From Octopus sinensis (taxonomy: Eukaryota), in assembly GCF_006345805.1 (NCBI RefSeq), contig NC_042997.1:20398001-20462000 (forward strand): DNA of 64,000 bases. The letters are read 5' to 3'. Positions 38,736 to 51,623 of the stretch are shown here, one piece after another. Under the pieces are notes generated by a model, which had not been told where the DNA came from, did not search any database, and worked only from the letters and a program-made list of their open reading frames with translations. Both the position numbers and the translations under genes were made by a program. Position 1 is the first letter of the stretch. Each line of letters begins with the position of its first letter.

Positions 38736-41155
38736 TCAATGTTTGATATCCCATGGCTATACATGATCGAAATGATGATATGTTGTTTACTTTCATTGTT
38801 GACATTACGACCAGTGAGTCTATGCTTTTGGAAACCTGTAGAATCAAAAACTTCTTTACTTGCAAAACAGATAAACTCTAGTGGCAGGAAGAGTGACTAG
38901 CTGTAAAAATCATCTCTCAAAATATGTCCTTCATCTAGTGCAGAAAAATGGGTGATTTGAGAAAGGAATATCATAATGTACAGTAATTTAGTGTTCACTG
39001 AGGAAAGTAGGTGTAGACAAATAGCTTGGGAGGACTGTTCAAGCTTATACAAACATGTTGCATGTAAAGTGAGTTGACAATAATTTAAGTTAATATAATT
39101 AAATCCTTTTAAATTAATTAAATTAAAAATAAATAAAGAATACGAGCATTATTACCAAATGACTGGCAAAGATCTTGCATGTTACTTATATTTCTGAGCA
39201 CCATTAATGAAGACCCTGTCTTTGGGAATATCATCAACTTCTAGGAATTTAGCTCCTGCCAAAAATTTGCTTTATGAGACCAGAAATCACAATGTTAGAA
39301 ACATCAAGTCCTATCACTGTTCCCTTGCTAGAAATAATTATTATCTGAATCTAATTAAATTTATTTACAGAATCTGAAGACATGATTCCAAAAAGAGGAG
39401 TCTAAGAAGAATATGCAAATGGTTAGAAGAGTCAGTACTTTAAATATCCAAAGAAACTGTTAACACATAAAAAATGTCTACATCTCTTTCCTTCAGAGCA
39501 AACTATTATAGAAAAATATGTCTAAACTGAAGAAATATTCTGTCACATTCTGGCTGTTTATGACATCTGAATCTTGAACATACTGCTTTGCAATTCAAAA
39601 TATTTCACACTTACAGTTCTTATCATGTAAAGCAATACCATTAGATGTTACTAAAGTTTCTATATCTAGTTTCTCATCCATCGAAGTAAATTTGACATTG
39701 GCCTTTTCCATTCAACCTTCAGATATAATTCCCTTGTTCTTGCTGTCTTTCACAGCTACAGACATTTCCATTATATATTATTCACCATCAAATCATCAAA
39801 CACCTTGAAGAGCCTTAACAGTAGATTCAAGCTTATCTCTTATATATATATATCTTGCAATCATACATAGGTAAAAGTTTGTGAGAGCATCCTGAGCAGA
39901 TATATTGTAGTATCATTTCAAACATACTAGCAGAGAAATATCTTTTGAGTAGAATACCTTCTTCACAATTGTTTAAGGAATTTCTTCTCCTTTTCACTTT
40001 TCTTTAAACAAATCTAGTTACAACTGATTTATATTGAGGAACACATTTCTCTTCTGGGATTTAAGTTTGTGTTTTCAACTCTCCATTTGTCTGACTTTGT
40101 CATCAGAGCTAACTAATGTGACTCACAGATTAATTTGATTGGTATCTAGCCAGCTGCTTGATTAACTGGGTGAAGCTTATTTTGAAGATAATAACATCTA
40201 CGTCAGAAATTTAGCAAAATTAACACTCCCTTCATGTATTATGTCATAATCATAGCTTACAATCATGTGGAAGTAGTTGTACTGATCAGTAGGACATCGA
40301 AGTCTCGTGCTACATATATATTTATTTCATTAACCGTTAAAATATTCTTCAAAACATTTTACAGAATAAGTGCTTCTATGAGATGTTAAATTTAATTGTA
40401 TAAGATTAAAAACAAAACATTACAAGTATTCATAAACAATAACCTGGCTGGGTATTTGAGCTCAGAACAGGACCTAATGGACCAAGTTATAATTCACTCC
40501 ATGTTGAAGGGAAAAATAACAAGAATTGTTTGTCTATTCAGTCTTTGAAAGAGCTTATATTACGTCCTCTGAATCATATCATCAAGAAGCTTATTCCATT
40601 TGTAAATAGCAAATTGCAGAAAGTCTTTGAATGAGTTATTGCTTTGATTCAAATGAGTTTCAGTGAATTACATCTATGGTCAAACAATCCCATCTTTTTT
40701 TTAAGATTTGTCCTTTTCCTTTTTAAGACAGTAGTATGTGATATGAGACAGTGGCAAGTGATATTTCTTGCAGGTTAAGCCACCATGTAGAAGTTCTCAC
40801 ATAGGCTCACTAATGTAAGCCTCAAGCATTAAGGGGTTTTTATAATTATGAGAGATGATAGTTACATTCTGCAATGACAGCATGGCTCTGTTGGAGCAAA
40901 CTGTTTTCAGCAATATTTTGAGTATCTGAAGCTTCATAGCAACTTCTACTCTATCAACATCAATGACTTGTTAGGTTTTTCTACATTGACTTAATTTAGT
41001 TAGATAAACTATGTATTACATCCAGTAATGCACTGTTCACCTAATTCTACTTTATCCATCATCATCATCATTGTCATTGTTATCACAATCACCCTAATCA
41101 TAATTTTTTCCTGTTTGCATGGGATTGAATGGAGTATTTGAGACAGATTTTATAT

Positions 41156-42030
41156 GACCAGCTGCCCCTTCTAAACCCCTTCTCCTCACCCCAAGAGAAT
41201 TAGGAAAAGGAAAATAATCTGGTATAACCCCCCATTTAACCCACAAGTTTCTACAAACGTAGCCAAGGGCTTCCTGTCATTACTAAAAAAAACCTTTCCC
41301 TAGAGGCCATAAGTATTACAAACTCTTCAACCCCTATAATGTCAAGGTAAGCTACTCCTGCTTAGACAATATCGCATCTAACATTGCATTCAACAGACAT
41401 AAAGACACACTCACCCAGCCCCAAACCCAACCTGCGACAGCTGACACCCTACCAGCTGCCCTCTAGGAGGATCCTGCTACTCGAGAGCTGTAGTATACAG
41501 AACCACCCTTACATCATCCAATGGCATGACTAGGACCTACACAGTCATGACAGCTAATGACTTCAAGGGAAGATATTTCCAGCACTTGCATTCATTTATA
41601 TTCAGGGACAGAGAGAACTCCACTTCCCTGTCGAGCTTTCTCTGGAGACTTTGGGACCTCCAAGATGAAAGACCCAGCATCAAGTGAACTATTATCGACA
41701 GGGTGCCACTGTATTCACCTAGCACCCCTAATTGCTAGCTGTGGCTCCACAAAAACTGCATATCATCTACCAACCCACAGTATCCATCAACAAGAAATAT
41801 GAGGTATTGTATTGCTGTCACCAGAGATACACACTTCTAGTAAATTTCAAGCCACTGGCTGCTCACAACCCAGATATACCTTCTTAGTATCAGTCATCCC
41901 AAGCATTGCATGCACCAAGGTCACCATTATAAACAACCCCCATGAACAGCACTGCAAATCACTAATCCCCTACGCTTTTCGATGCCTGTCTACCCACATA
42001 CTCACACCTCTTGTGCATGACCATATGAGT
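41156..42030 (+). mobile_element. Decayed Naiad-type Penelope-like element, 3' part (RT thumb end, Cys-rich linker, GIY-YIG endonuclease)
   Basis: RIRKRKIIWYNPPFNPQVSTNVAKGFL...KLFNPYNVKVSYSCLDNI..., CDS*HPTSCPLGGSCYSRAVVYR, ...FKGRYFQHLHSF...TSLSSFLW...IK*TII...C*L; several stops and frameshifts. Confidence 0.85.
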
Positions 42031-42623
42031 ATATGTGTGTGCAAGTATGTACATGAGTGGGCATATGCATCTGCTCACTATATGCAGGTGTACAGATGTG
42101 TGTGCACAGGTATTGATGTGCACCCACATGCATGCATGTATGTACACGTGTGTGCTTGTGTGTGTACATGTGTGTGCTTGTGTTTGTGCGTGCATCTACA
42201 GTTCTGTGTGTAGTTCCTGGTATTAAGGATCCTGTGAAAGGCTTGGTTGGAGGACCAACCTTCTCTGTTCTTTTATATGGTTTAGAAAAACTGGAGGACC
42301 ACTGCAATAAGTGTATCAATCTAAGAGGAAAATATGTTCAATAAAATCATAATTAACTGATCCTTCTGTATTTTTTTTTACTGAAAGCAAGGGACTTTCC
42401 AGTTATATTCATGAGTCTATTTCTCTTTGTTGGCACTGTAGAAACAGTGGCAATATTGTTTATGTCTATGTACTAAACTTTTGGGAGTTTAACAGTTCAG
42501 CCAAAGTCATGGAATAAAGTACCCTATTTGTAAACAATTAAGGGTTGGCATAAGGAAAGTCATCTTATCATAGGGTATTACCCCAAGAAGACTTCTTCAA
42601 CCCATGCCAGAATGGAACAGTGG

Positions 42624-42754
42624 ATTCTACCAAGGTCGATTTTGCCCTTCAATCTTTCGGCGTCAATAAATTAAGTACTAGTTGCGTACTGGGGTCGATC
42701 TAATCGACTGGCCCACTCTACAAAAAATTCCAGGCCTTGTGCCTAAAGTTGAAA
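42624..42754 (+). mobile_element. 5'-truncated SINE family A2
   Basis: TSD agaatggaacagtgg at 42609-42623 and 42755-42769. Confidence 0.85.
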
Positions 42755-43883
42755 AGAATGGAACAGTGGTTATAATAATAATGATGATAACATTCATTTT
42801 ACTGTCTTTGCTTTGACTGCACAAGGTTTTAATGAGATTAGTGATTTCACAAACTGCTCAGTCATATTTTGCATAAGTTGGAGATAGCCTCTTAGAAGAA
42901 AGAGATAGCCTCTTTAGAAGAAAGTGATTGACTGTTTTGGAAGAAGTGTAATTAGTTAATTAATTTTTTTTGTCGTTGAGTAAAATATATTGTTGCTTTT
43001 ATTTATTTTGCATTATTACTAGATGATGTTTTCAGTAATACCAGAGACAAATGGTGTTTAGATGGTGCGTTAATAATGAATTATACAGTTAATGATGGAT
43101 GCACAGTTAGTAATGAAATTGAAATTCAGAGTAAATGATGTTGTGGGTGGACAAGAAACATATATGCCTCTGTGTGTGTGTGTGTTTGTGCACGTATGTG
43201 CATGCACATACTCACACTCACATGTCATCATCATCATCAGCGTCATCATATAACAACTATGTACCATGCAATCAGGGATTCGACAGTTTGACAAGATCTG
43301 ATGGTCCTGAAGACTGCATTGTGATCCAATGTTTGCTTTGGCATGGTTTCTATAGATGGATGCCCTTCTTAATGCCAACCTACACTGTCATAAAAATATT
43401 ACCTATTCTGTAGTGCTTATCACTGGATATACTATTTTGTAGGGGTGAATACCAGATGCAATAGATGCTACACTTAATAACATATTGGGAATTAAAATGA
43501 ATTTGGGTGCCTGAGGATATAGCATGATCAAATATATGATAATGAATGCTAACTAGAAATAGAAGTATTCAATATGGAATATATTTTGCTTATAGTTTAC
43601 TCTTATTCCATAATATTTAAATAAGCATCTCCTGTTCTTTTTATAAATTATATATAGTTACTGTCACATAGCAAAGTAATATTTTTTGTCAATTTTCAGT
43701 CAGTAAGCCCAACCCATATATCAACATTTTAATTTACTAAGAAATATTTATATCTATGACTCTCTTAGTAAACTTGGCTTACTGATGTGTATATTATTAT
43801 TATTATTATTATTATTTTTTTTTTTTTCTTCTTTCAAATTTGCTTCCATTTCTTGCCGAGTGTCTTCCCGACTCCTAGGGCAA

Positions 43884-43884
<1 letters not shown>

Positions 43885-43958
<74 letters not shown>

Positions 43959-44340
43959 TGCTGGGCTCCAACCCAGGCCACAGCAACCAGGTCTACCTAC
44001 CAATCTTCTCGGTTCAACATCACTGCCTTGAGGTCTTGGATATATTCCTGGCCAATGTCTGCAATCAAGTAGTCAGTGTAAGTATGACAAAATTTTCCTC
44101 TTCTTACATCACCATGAGTGGGTTCCATAAGGCTAATGTAGATGCTTCCAGCTCAGGGTGGCACATGCAGTGACTAGATAGGTGCAGTCACCTTTGCCTG
44201 ATCTTCTCCCTAACTTTTAGTGGGTCTCCATAAAGGTATTCGTTTGTCATATGTTGTTGCAGTGAACAGCTTGATTTTGATTTGACTGAGGTATCTATTT
44301 CCTAAAACATATTAAAGTTCTTATTTAGTGCCATAACTAA
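43885..44340 (-). mobile_element. 3' fragment of a second RTE-clade LINE family with a (TAA)n tail
   Basis: The minus strand (frameshifted) reads HMTN..LYGDP.KV.EKIR....HC..HPEL.AS.L.LW.PTHG...RG...TY.DYL..D.G...M.NREDW, followed by a long (TAA)n at 43885-43958. Confidence 0.7.
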
Positions 44341-46535
44341 CTGATCTCTTGTTTTAACTTCCATATGGTTTATATTAAAGGTACATCACCCCAAGCCAAT
44401 TAACTTCAATGTAGAATATTACATGCATAATTTACATCTACACCCAGTTTCTCTTTTGTCCTTTAAATTATATGGTGTCCCATCAACAAAAAACAAAAAA
44501 AGAAAAAGTCATTTAAAGAGAATCATTGATTGAACTGAAATTAAAAGTGTAGTGTAGAATCAGCAAATTTCACAACTTTCAAGTATTTACCAGACTTTTC
44601 TATTTTTTAATATTTTGCTAAATTTTGCATTACTATTTTCTTACAGAACTTCATAAATTGATTCGTTTAGATGAAGGATGAAATTTTTGTGTTTCTTTTT
44701 GATTGGTTGAAATAGAATATGTACTTTAGTCACATACTGTTAAAATTGTTTTCTCTATGTGTAAAAAAGGATAAAAAGAAAAGGCGGCTGATGACTACTT
44801 TCGCTATAACTTTAGAAATGTCAGACCCTGTTATCTCATGAATATTTCATTTCTCTAACATTACAAGAAATCAACATTGGCTAATCTGTAAAGAAAATAT
44901 TGATTTACTTCAGAATTTCATATTATTAGCAATGTTATTATTTTTTTTTATATTTGAAAACTAAAAAGGATAGACTTTAAAAGCTATGCACATTTTTCCT
45001 TATTGATGATACGATTATTTCTTTAACTGGGAATTTTATGTAAAATGTTGCCATATATGTTAGGTAACAGCATAAACAAAGAAAATCCATGTAAAATTTA
45101 AAAAGCATGACACATTGCTCAGTCTTTAAGTTGATTCTCTATAACACCTATTTCTTCTGGCAATCATAATTTATACAAACATCTGCAGATTTTTACTTCA
45201 GGAAATATGATTCAATTATTGAGCATCGTGTTCTCAAGATAGTTGCTTCTTTACAATTTCAAAGTTATGTTGTTCAGTCACCAGCTAATTCAAAACTATT
45301 TGATGCCAAAATGTTTATTTGCACACACACACACATATTTATGATTGATTATTTATGTGCATGTATAATACTGAATAGGTGTTTGTTTGTAGGCTAACTG
45401 GCTTAATAAGTATGTATTTATATGCATTGCGCATAGGGCAATGTTACATTGTGCTAAATAAGAAGAAACCTTTATGATTATTTGTTGCTGAACCTATAAC
45501 TTATACCGATTGAACTGTAGTATGCTGGAGAATGTGGGAGAACCAGAGATAGGTTCGCTGTCTGCTTCATTTCTCTTCTCACAATTATCTTTTATTCATT
45601 TGAATGCCTGTATATCCATTCAACATGTATGTATACTCACTCACACACATGGAAACACACACGTGTACAAACACATTTTATGTGTGTGCACACACATACA
45701 TGTGTGTGTGTGTTCTTAGCAAAATTCTTGTATTATTAAGAAATTAATTAGTATACATATTTATGTATGTGAGTTTGTGCAAACATTTCCTAGAGGAATT
45801 GTAATTCTTCAATGAAAATAAAGCAATACACTGTAGAAAGATCATGCAAAAAATATTTTATCAACTCCTATGTGATATCAGAAATTTCAAACTTTCTAAC
45901 TGCTAGTCATGTCCCAAGTTTCAATTGAATAATGCCAAACTTATTTTGTTGTCTATCTATCACTTATCATGGAAATAACATGGCTAGTAAAATTAGTTTG
46001 TGCATCTAAGGAGGTTCTAGTTGTATTAATATGACTCCATTTTGGTCAAGAAGTACAAAATATGATTGTAAAACCTGAATAGAATTTATACTGAAGGCAA
46101 CAAGAAAAAATTGCAAGGGAGTATTAGTATTAGATATTAGATTTGTGGCAAAGAAATAATTCGGTAAGCTTAAAGAATGGGAAATATTCAATGAAATATT
46201 CATTGTGAAGCTGAGTGAATGGCACACCAAATTACTTCCAAATAAGCTTGAGGTAGTAAAAAAAGAAAACAGATATGAAACAGATGTAAGTTATAGAGAT
46301 TAGATGTGAGAAAGCTGAATAATTTTGTAAAATATAGCACGTACAAAAAGTATGAGAGCTTGGGAAATAAATTATATAACTTGATAGTAATAACATATTA
46401 AGAATAGAATTGGGATTAATTAATGTTGGTCTGGAATGGATAGTATATATTTTGCCATTTTTAAAAATTCATCTTTTTTTATGAAAAGTAAGAAAGTTTT
46501 TATGTGAATATATACATACATACATACATACATAC

Positions 46536-46587
<52 letters not shown>

Positions 46588-47089
46588 CAAAAGAAACTTC
46601 TTCCACAAAGTTAATGACATTCTGATAAAGAATTTATAACTTATTTTAAAATAATATTGTTGTATTTTGTGATGTTCATTTTTTTTTTGGGGGGGGGGGT
46701 GCTAAATAAATACACACACTATATATTTATTACTGTTTTAATTCTAACTTATGTCCATTGTCCAAAAATCTTTTGTTACACATCTGTAACCCCTTCAGTG
46801 ACACTTTCCGTCTTCTTGTGTACCCTTGCTCCACTTATTCCATTTTCACTTTGGCAAATAAATAAATAAAATAAATAAATAAATAAATAAAATAAATAAA
46901 TAAATGACCTTCCCAAAATAAAATAATATCTGTTTCAACACATGGTTTCTCATCAGGAATCTGGCAACACAAATTCATAAATGTTTAGAATAAGTCCTGG
47001 GATTGATTTGTTTGACTAAAGGCGGTGCTCCAGTATGACCAAGGTCAAGTGACTGAAGCAAGTAAAAGAGTAAAAAAGAAAAAATATAT

Positions 47090-47300
47090 TTCTTATTTCG
47101 CTTTTAGATTTAGTTTGCAAGATTCTTTATGTGAGTTTGTGTGTTGAAACATATTCTGTTGTGTCTGGGGAGAGTCATTCTCTTTTAGTGTCTTATAATT
47201 TAACACACTCACTGGTAAAATTTCCCCTTATTTCTTTTTTATTTTTCTAAAATTTTCATTATGTCTTGCAACCTTTTCAATAGTTTTGACTCTGTCCTTT
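47090..47300. mobile_element. Short interspersed repeat; un-rearranged reference for the 21937-22089 insertion
   Basis: Shares gcaagattctttat...gaaacatattctgttgtgtctggggagagtcatt...cactcactggtaaaat with 21937-22089. Confidence 0.7.
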
Positions 47301-47759
47301 ATTCACACTGCGTTCCTTTTAGTTTGTTTGTGTGCATGTGCATGGGTTAGTGTGTGTGTGCCTACACATGCATGTATGTATGTATGCATCTATGTGTGCA
47401 TATGTATATATGTATATATGTGTGTATATTTGTATGTATGTATTCTGCATATTCATGTATTTGCACATCCATGTTTGTTTGTTTTTATGTATATATATAT
47501 GTAACTATGTGTGTGTGTGTGTTTGTATATGTGTGTGTGTACCTTTGTCTCCTTGTGTGTGCATGTCTAAGTGTGTGTGGGTGTGTGTGTGTTTTGCAAC
47601 TATGTACCGCGTTTGAATGAATAGATGTGCATCTTCATATGTGCGGACCTGTATCTCCATATGTGTCCTTGTGTGAAGTAAAGTGTGTGTGTGTGTATAT
47701 ATATATATATGCTCATGTGTTTCAGTCTTCATTTACCTATGTGTACTTAAATACATGTT

Positions 47760-48045
47760 CGGATGGTGCTTTTTACATGCCACTGGCATGGGGCAGCAAG
47801 TGTGTGTGTGTGCGTGTGTGTTTGTATCTTTGTGCTTATGTTTGTTCCCCCACCAGCACTTGACAACCAGTGTCGGAGTGTTTACATCCCCATAACTTAG
47901 CAATTTAGCATAAGTGATTGACGAAATATATACCACACCTAAAAAATTAAATACTAGAGTTGATTTATTTATCTAAAAATTCAAGGTGGTGTCCAAGCAT
48001 GGCGGCAGAGTAATGACTAAAACAAATAAAAAATAAAAGACAAAG
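47760..48045 (+). mobile_element. SINE family C, 3' half
   Basis: tttgttcccccaccagcacttgacaaccagtgtcggagtgtttac... aligns with 27670-27875. Confidence 0.7.
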
Positions 48046-48062
48046 ATATATATATATATATA

Positions 48063-48295
48063 TATTTCTTTACTACCCACAAGGGGCTAAACATAGAGGG
48101 GACAAACAAGGACAGACAAAGGGATTAAGTCGATTACATCGACCCCAGTGTGAAACTGGTACTTAATTTATCGACCCCGAAAGGATGAAAGGCAAAGTCG
48201 ACCTCGGCGGAATTTGAACTCAGAACATAACGGCAGACGAAATACGGCTACGCATTTCGCCCGGTGTGCTAACGTGTCTGCCAGCTAGCTGCCTT
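48063..48295 (-). mobile_element. SINE family A, next to a ~215-bp (TA)n tract (48298-48515)
   Basis: Reverse complement of family A. Confidence 0.9.
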
Positions 48296-48298
48296 TTG

Positions 48299-48402
<104 letters not shown>

Positions 48403-48414
48403 GTATATATATAT

Positions 48415-48472
<58 letters not shown>

Positions 48473-48804
48473 CATACACATACACACATATAAATATATA
48501 TATATATATATATATACACAGACATAAAATCATCATTTGGATGTCTAGTTTTCTATGTTTGCATGCATGGGTCAGAAGGGAGTACATTGAGAGCAATGGT
48601 TTTTATGGTCATGTACCTTTTTTGTAACCAACCCCATTTACTTCAAAGTAAGTTAACAATCTATCAGTTTTATTGAACAACAAACACGTTGGACATATTT
48701 CAGTTGTTTTCAAAAGCATAGAGCAATTAGTCAGAGAGGAATGTCAGATCAGCATTGATTTGTCCAGTCAGACACATGTGAAATATCAATATTCATGCAT
48801 ATTT

Positions 48805-48839
<35 letters not shown>

Positions 48840-48854
48840 AATATGAGTTTAGAG

Positions 48855-49170
48855 CAGTGGTTCCCAACCAGGGGTCAACAGACCTCTGGTGGTCTGAAAA
48901 GGTAGTACTGGCAGTCTGTGAACTAAATTCCAAAATTTCATATATATATATATATGACTGGACTGGTGCAGCTTTCGGGCTCCCCAGACACCAGTTGAAC
49001 CGTCCAACCCATGCTAGCATGGAAAGCGGACGTTAAATGATGATGATGATGATGATGATGATACATGCATAAAGATAAGCATATTAAAAGGGGTCTGTGG
49101 AAAAACTCATTTAAATAAAAAGGTTGGGAACTACTGTTGGGAACCACTGAGTAAAGGTTGGAAACCATAG
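48855..49170. mobile_element. hAT (Charlie-like) MITE with a nested RTE tail fragment (~48955-49060)
   Basis: Left TIR cagtggttcccaac; right TIR gttgggaaccactg in three staggered copies. 8-bp TSD gtttagag (48847-48854) / gtttagaa (49171-49178). Confidence 0.7.
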
Positions 49171-49196
49171 GTTTAGAAGGGTATGTTATGGACAAT

Positions 49197-50380
49197 TAGA
49201 AGGTTCGGCAATATCAGAGGAAGGTTAACAGGGAAAACAGCTTTTGTGTGGTGAATATGCACAGGTGCGATAAACACTGAAAATGTACAGAAAATAAACT
49301 CCATCAACTGCCAATGGGGTATGCTAGAGGTAGTAGATAGCTTCTGTTACCTAGGTGACCAATTTAGTAGTGGAGGTGGATGCTCCGAGAGCATAGCTGT
49401 GAGAAAAAGAATAATATGGGAAAAGTTCAGAGAGCTCCTACCTCTGCTGGCAACAAAGGGCCTCTCTTAGAGTGAAAAGGCCTCTCTTAGAGTGAAAGGC
49501 AGATTGTATGATGCCTGTGTGTAAACAGCTATGCTACACAGCAGTGAAACATAGGCTATGACAGCTGAGGACATGTATAGGCTAGAAAGAAATTAAGCTA
49601 GTACACTTCGCTGGAAGAGCAACATCAGTGCAGTGTATGACAGAGTATAAGCATCTTGAGAGAAAAGTTGAGCATAAGAGATATCAGATGTGGTGGTGAA
49701 AGAGAGACAACTGCGCTGGTATAATCATGTGATGCATATGGATGAGGACAGTTGTGTAAAGAAGTGCCAATCTCTAATTGTGGAGGGAACCTGCGGTAGA
49801 GGTAGACATGGGACAAGATCATGAAGCATGATTTTCCAACTTTGAGCCTCACAGAGTCAATGACAAGTAACCAAGACCTTTGGCAATATGCTGTGCTTGA
49901 GAAGAACCATCAAGTTAAGTGAAATCGTAGTAATAGCCGATGCTGGTAGTACATAACTGGTACCCATGCTGGTGACACATAAAAACTATCTTTCAAATGC
50001 TGGGCCCCATGGAGGCAAAATGGCTGATGCTGGTGTCACATGAAAAGCTTGTTTTGAGTACTGGGCCATATGGAAGCAATGACAAATGACTGAAACCGTT
50101 AGCATCATGTCATGCTTAAGAAGAAGACCCACAAAGCCAAGTAATATTGCAGTCATGGCAGATACTGGTATCATGTAAGTGGCAACCATGCCAGTGGCAC
50201 GTAAACTCACCCATTATGCTCTCAGAGTGGTTGGCATTAGGAAGGGCATCCAGCCATAGAAATTATGCTACATCAGGCTGGAGTCTCGTGCAGCCCTCCA
50301 GCTGGCCAGCCTCAGTCAAACTTTGCAAACCATGTCAGCATGGATAACAAATGTTAAATGATGATGATGATTGATGATGA
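49197..50380 (+). mobile_element. Decayed 5'-truncated RTE LINE with UTR and (GAT)n tail
   Basis: LEVVDSFCYLGD, WEKFRELLPLLATKG, RLYDACV; aligns with 360-1470. Confidence 0.85.
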
Positions 50381-51380
50381 AGTATGATAATTGACTGTGA
50401 ATTGTCTTTCTAATTTCTGCCAACACACATCATCATTAGTTTTCTTGGACTTCTGATATATATACTATGCTGAACGAGTTAACTTTTTAATCCTTGACTA
50501 CTAACTTATGTCCATGGGGATAAGCGCACTTCATTTTGATATGGACTGCTTTTCCTCTCACTTCGTAAAGCAGGGCACCTAAGTAAATACTGAATCTAGT
50601 TAACTTAAATGCTATAAATTTAGCATAGGGAAAATCTTCCGAGTTGTTTCTAAATTGAATCATATAATATTACTGACTTAATGTTATCCAAAAGAATTTT
50701 TTTTCCTTGTGGAACGAGTGTTACATTGCTGAAAAGGTAAGAGACATGTTGGAAGTGACACATTATTAAGTTGGTTTTTGTGTTTGTTCTTAATGCAAAT
50801 AGTTTTCACAATACAATATATATTAGGTTCAAACACAATAATCTGGGATTCATCACAATGAAATAAGAATGGAACGCAATGAAGATTTAGTTTCATTGTT
50901 TAACTCACTATAGCTTCCTTAATAAACCCATTGTCCAACATAAGATAACTTCGAAAATAAGTTCATGACAGACAGAATTGTTATAGAAAGCCTTGTAAAT
51001 AGAAATGACAGTGTTGAGTGATAGATAAGCAGCATATTTCAATGAAACACTGACACACTAATGACTCTTTATTCAAGTTACATTCGATCAGATTATAGGA
51101 TTGTATGTAGGTAAAAAGAAAAATAACTTTAAGATGTGGTTATATCGCTAGAAAGAGAATTATACTAATCTACATAATTCTTACAGTAAGATAATAATGA
51201 TTATGCTGGAAGTTTTATATTATTTGAAAAAGGGGTTTTTTACTCACTAAAGTAGACAAGGGTGATTTTTACAGCTATAAATAATGGGACAAAATTGGCC
51301 CCTTTTCAAAATAGGAAAAAAAGAGTAGAAGATGGTTAAAAAAAACCTACAGTTTGAGATATAGTGATTAGCAATTAACT

Positions 51381-51623
51381 GGGCATATGGCGTAGTGGTT
51401 AAGAGCATGAACTACTAACCTCAAGATTCCAAGTTCGATTCCAAGCAGTGACCTAAACAATAATATTAATAATAATAATAATGATAATAATAATAATAAT
51501 AATGAGAATAATAACATCGAAAAATACCTTAGGAATGAGAACCCAGGTTAGAAATTTCCCCAAGACACCTGAAGAAGGCTGGAGAGCGTATCAACTGAAA
51601 CGTTGTGTTAACAACAAACAAGA
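51381..51623 (+). mobile_element. tRNA-headed SINE-like element (family D) with an internal (AAT)n and a 3' hammerhead ribozyme
   Basis: A box tggcgtagtgg (51388-51398), B box gttcgattcc (51433-51442), (AAT)n ~51457-51515, HHR 51564-51609. No T4 run between head and ribozyme. Confidence 0.8.
51564..51609 (+). ncRNA. Minimal type I hammerhead ribozyme
   Basis: gacac-CTGAAGA-a-ggctgg-agagcgta-tcaact-GAAA-cg-TT-gtgtt. Stem I 5 bp, stem II with one mismatch, palindromic stem III (aacgtt), triplet GUU. Confidence 0.8.

Noticed and set aside
42225-42300. Possible decayed hammerhead downstream of the second PLE (cctgtgaaaggc...agaaaaactg)
   Set aside because: The core is incomplete and stems I and III cannot be formed convincingly.
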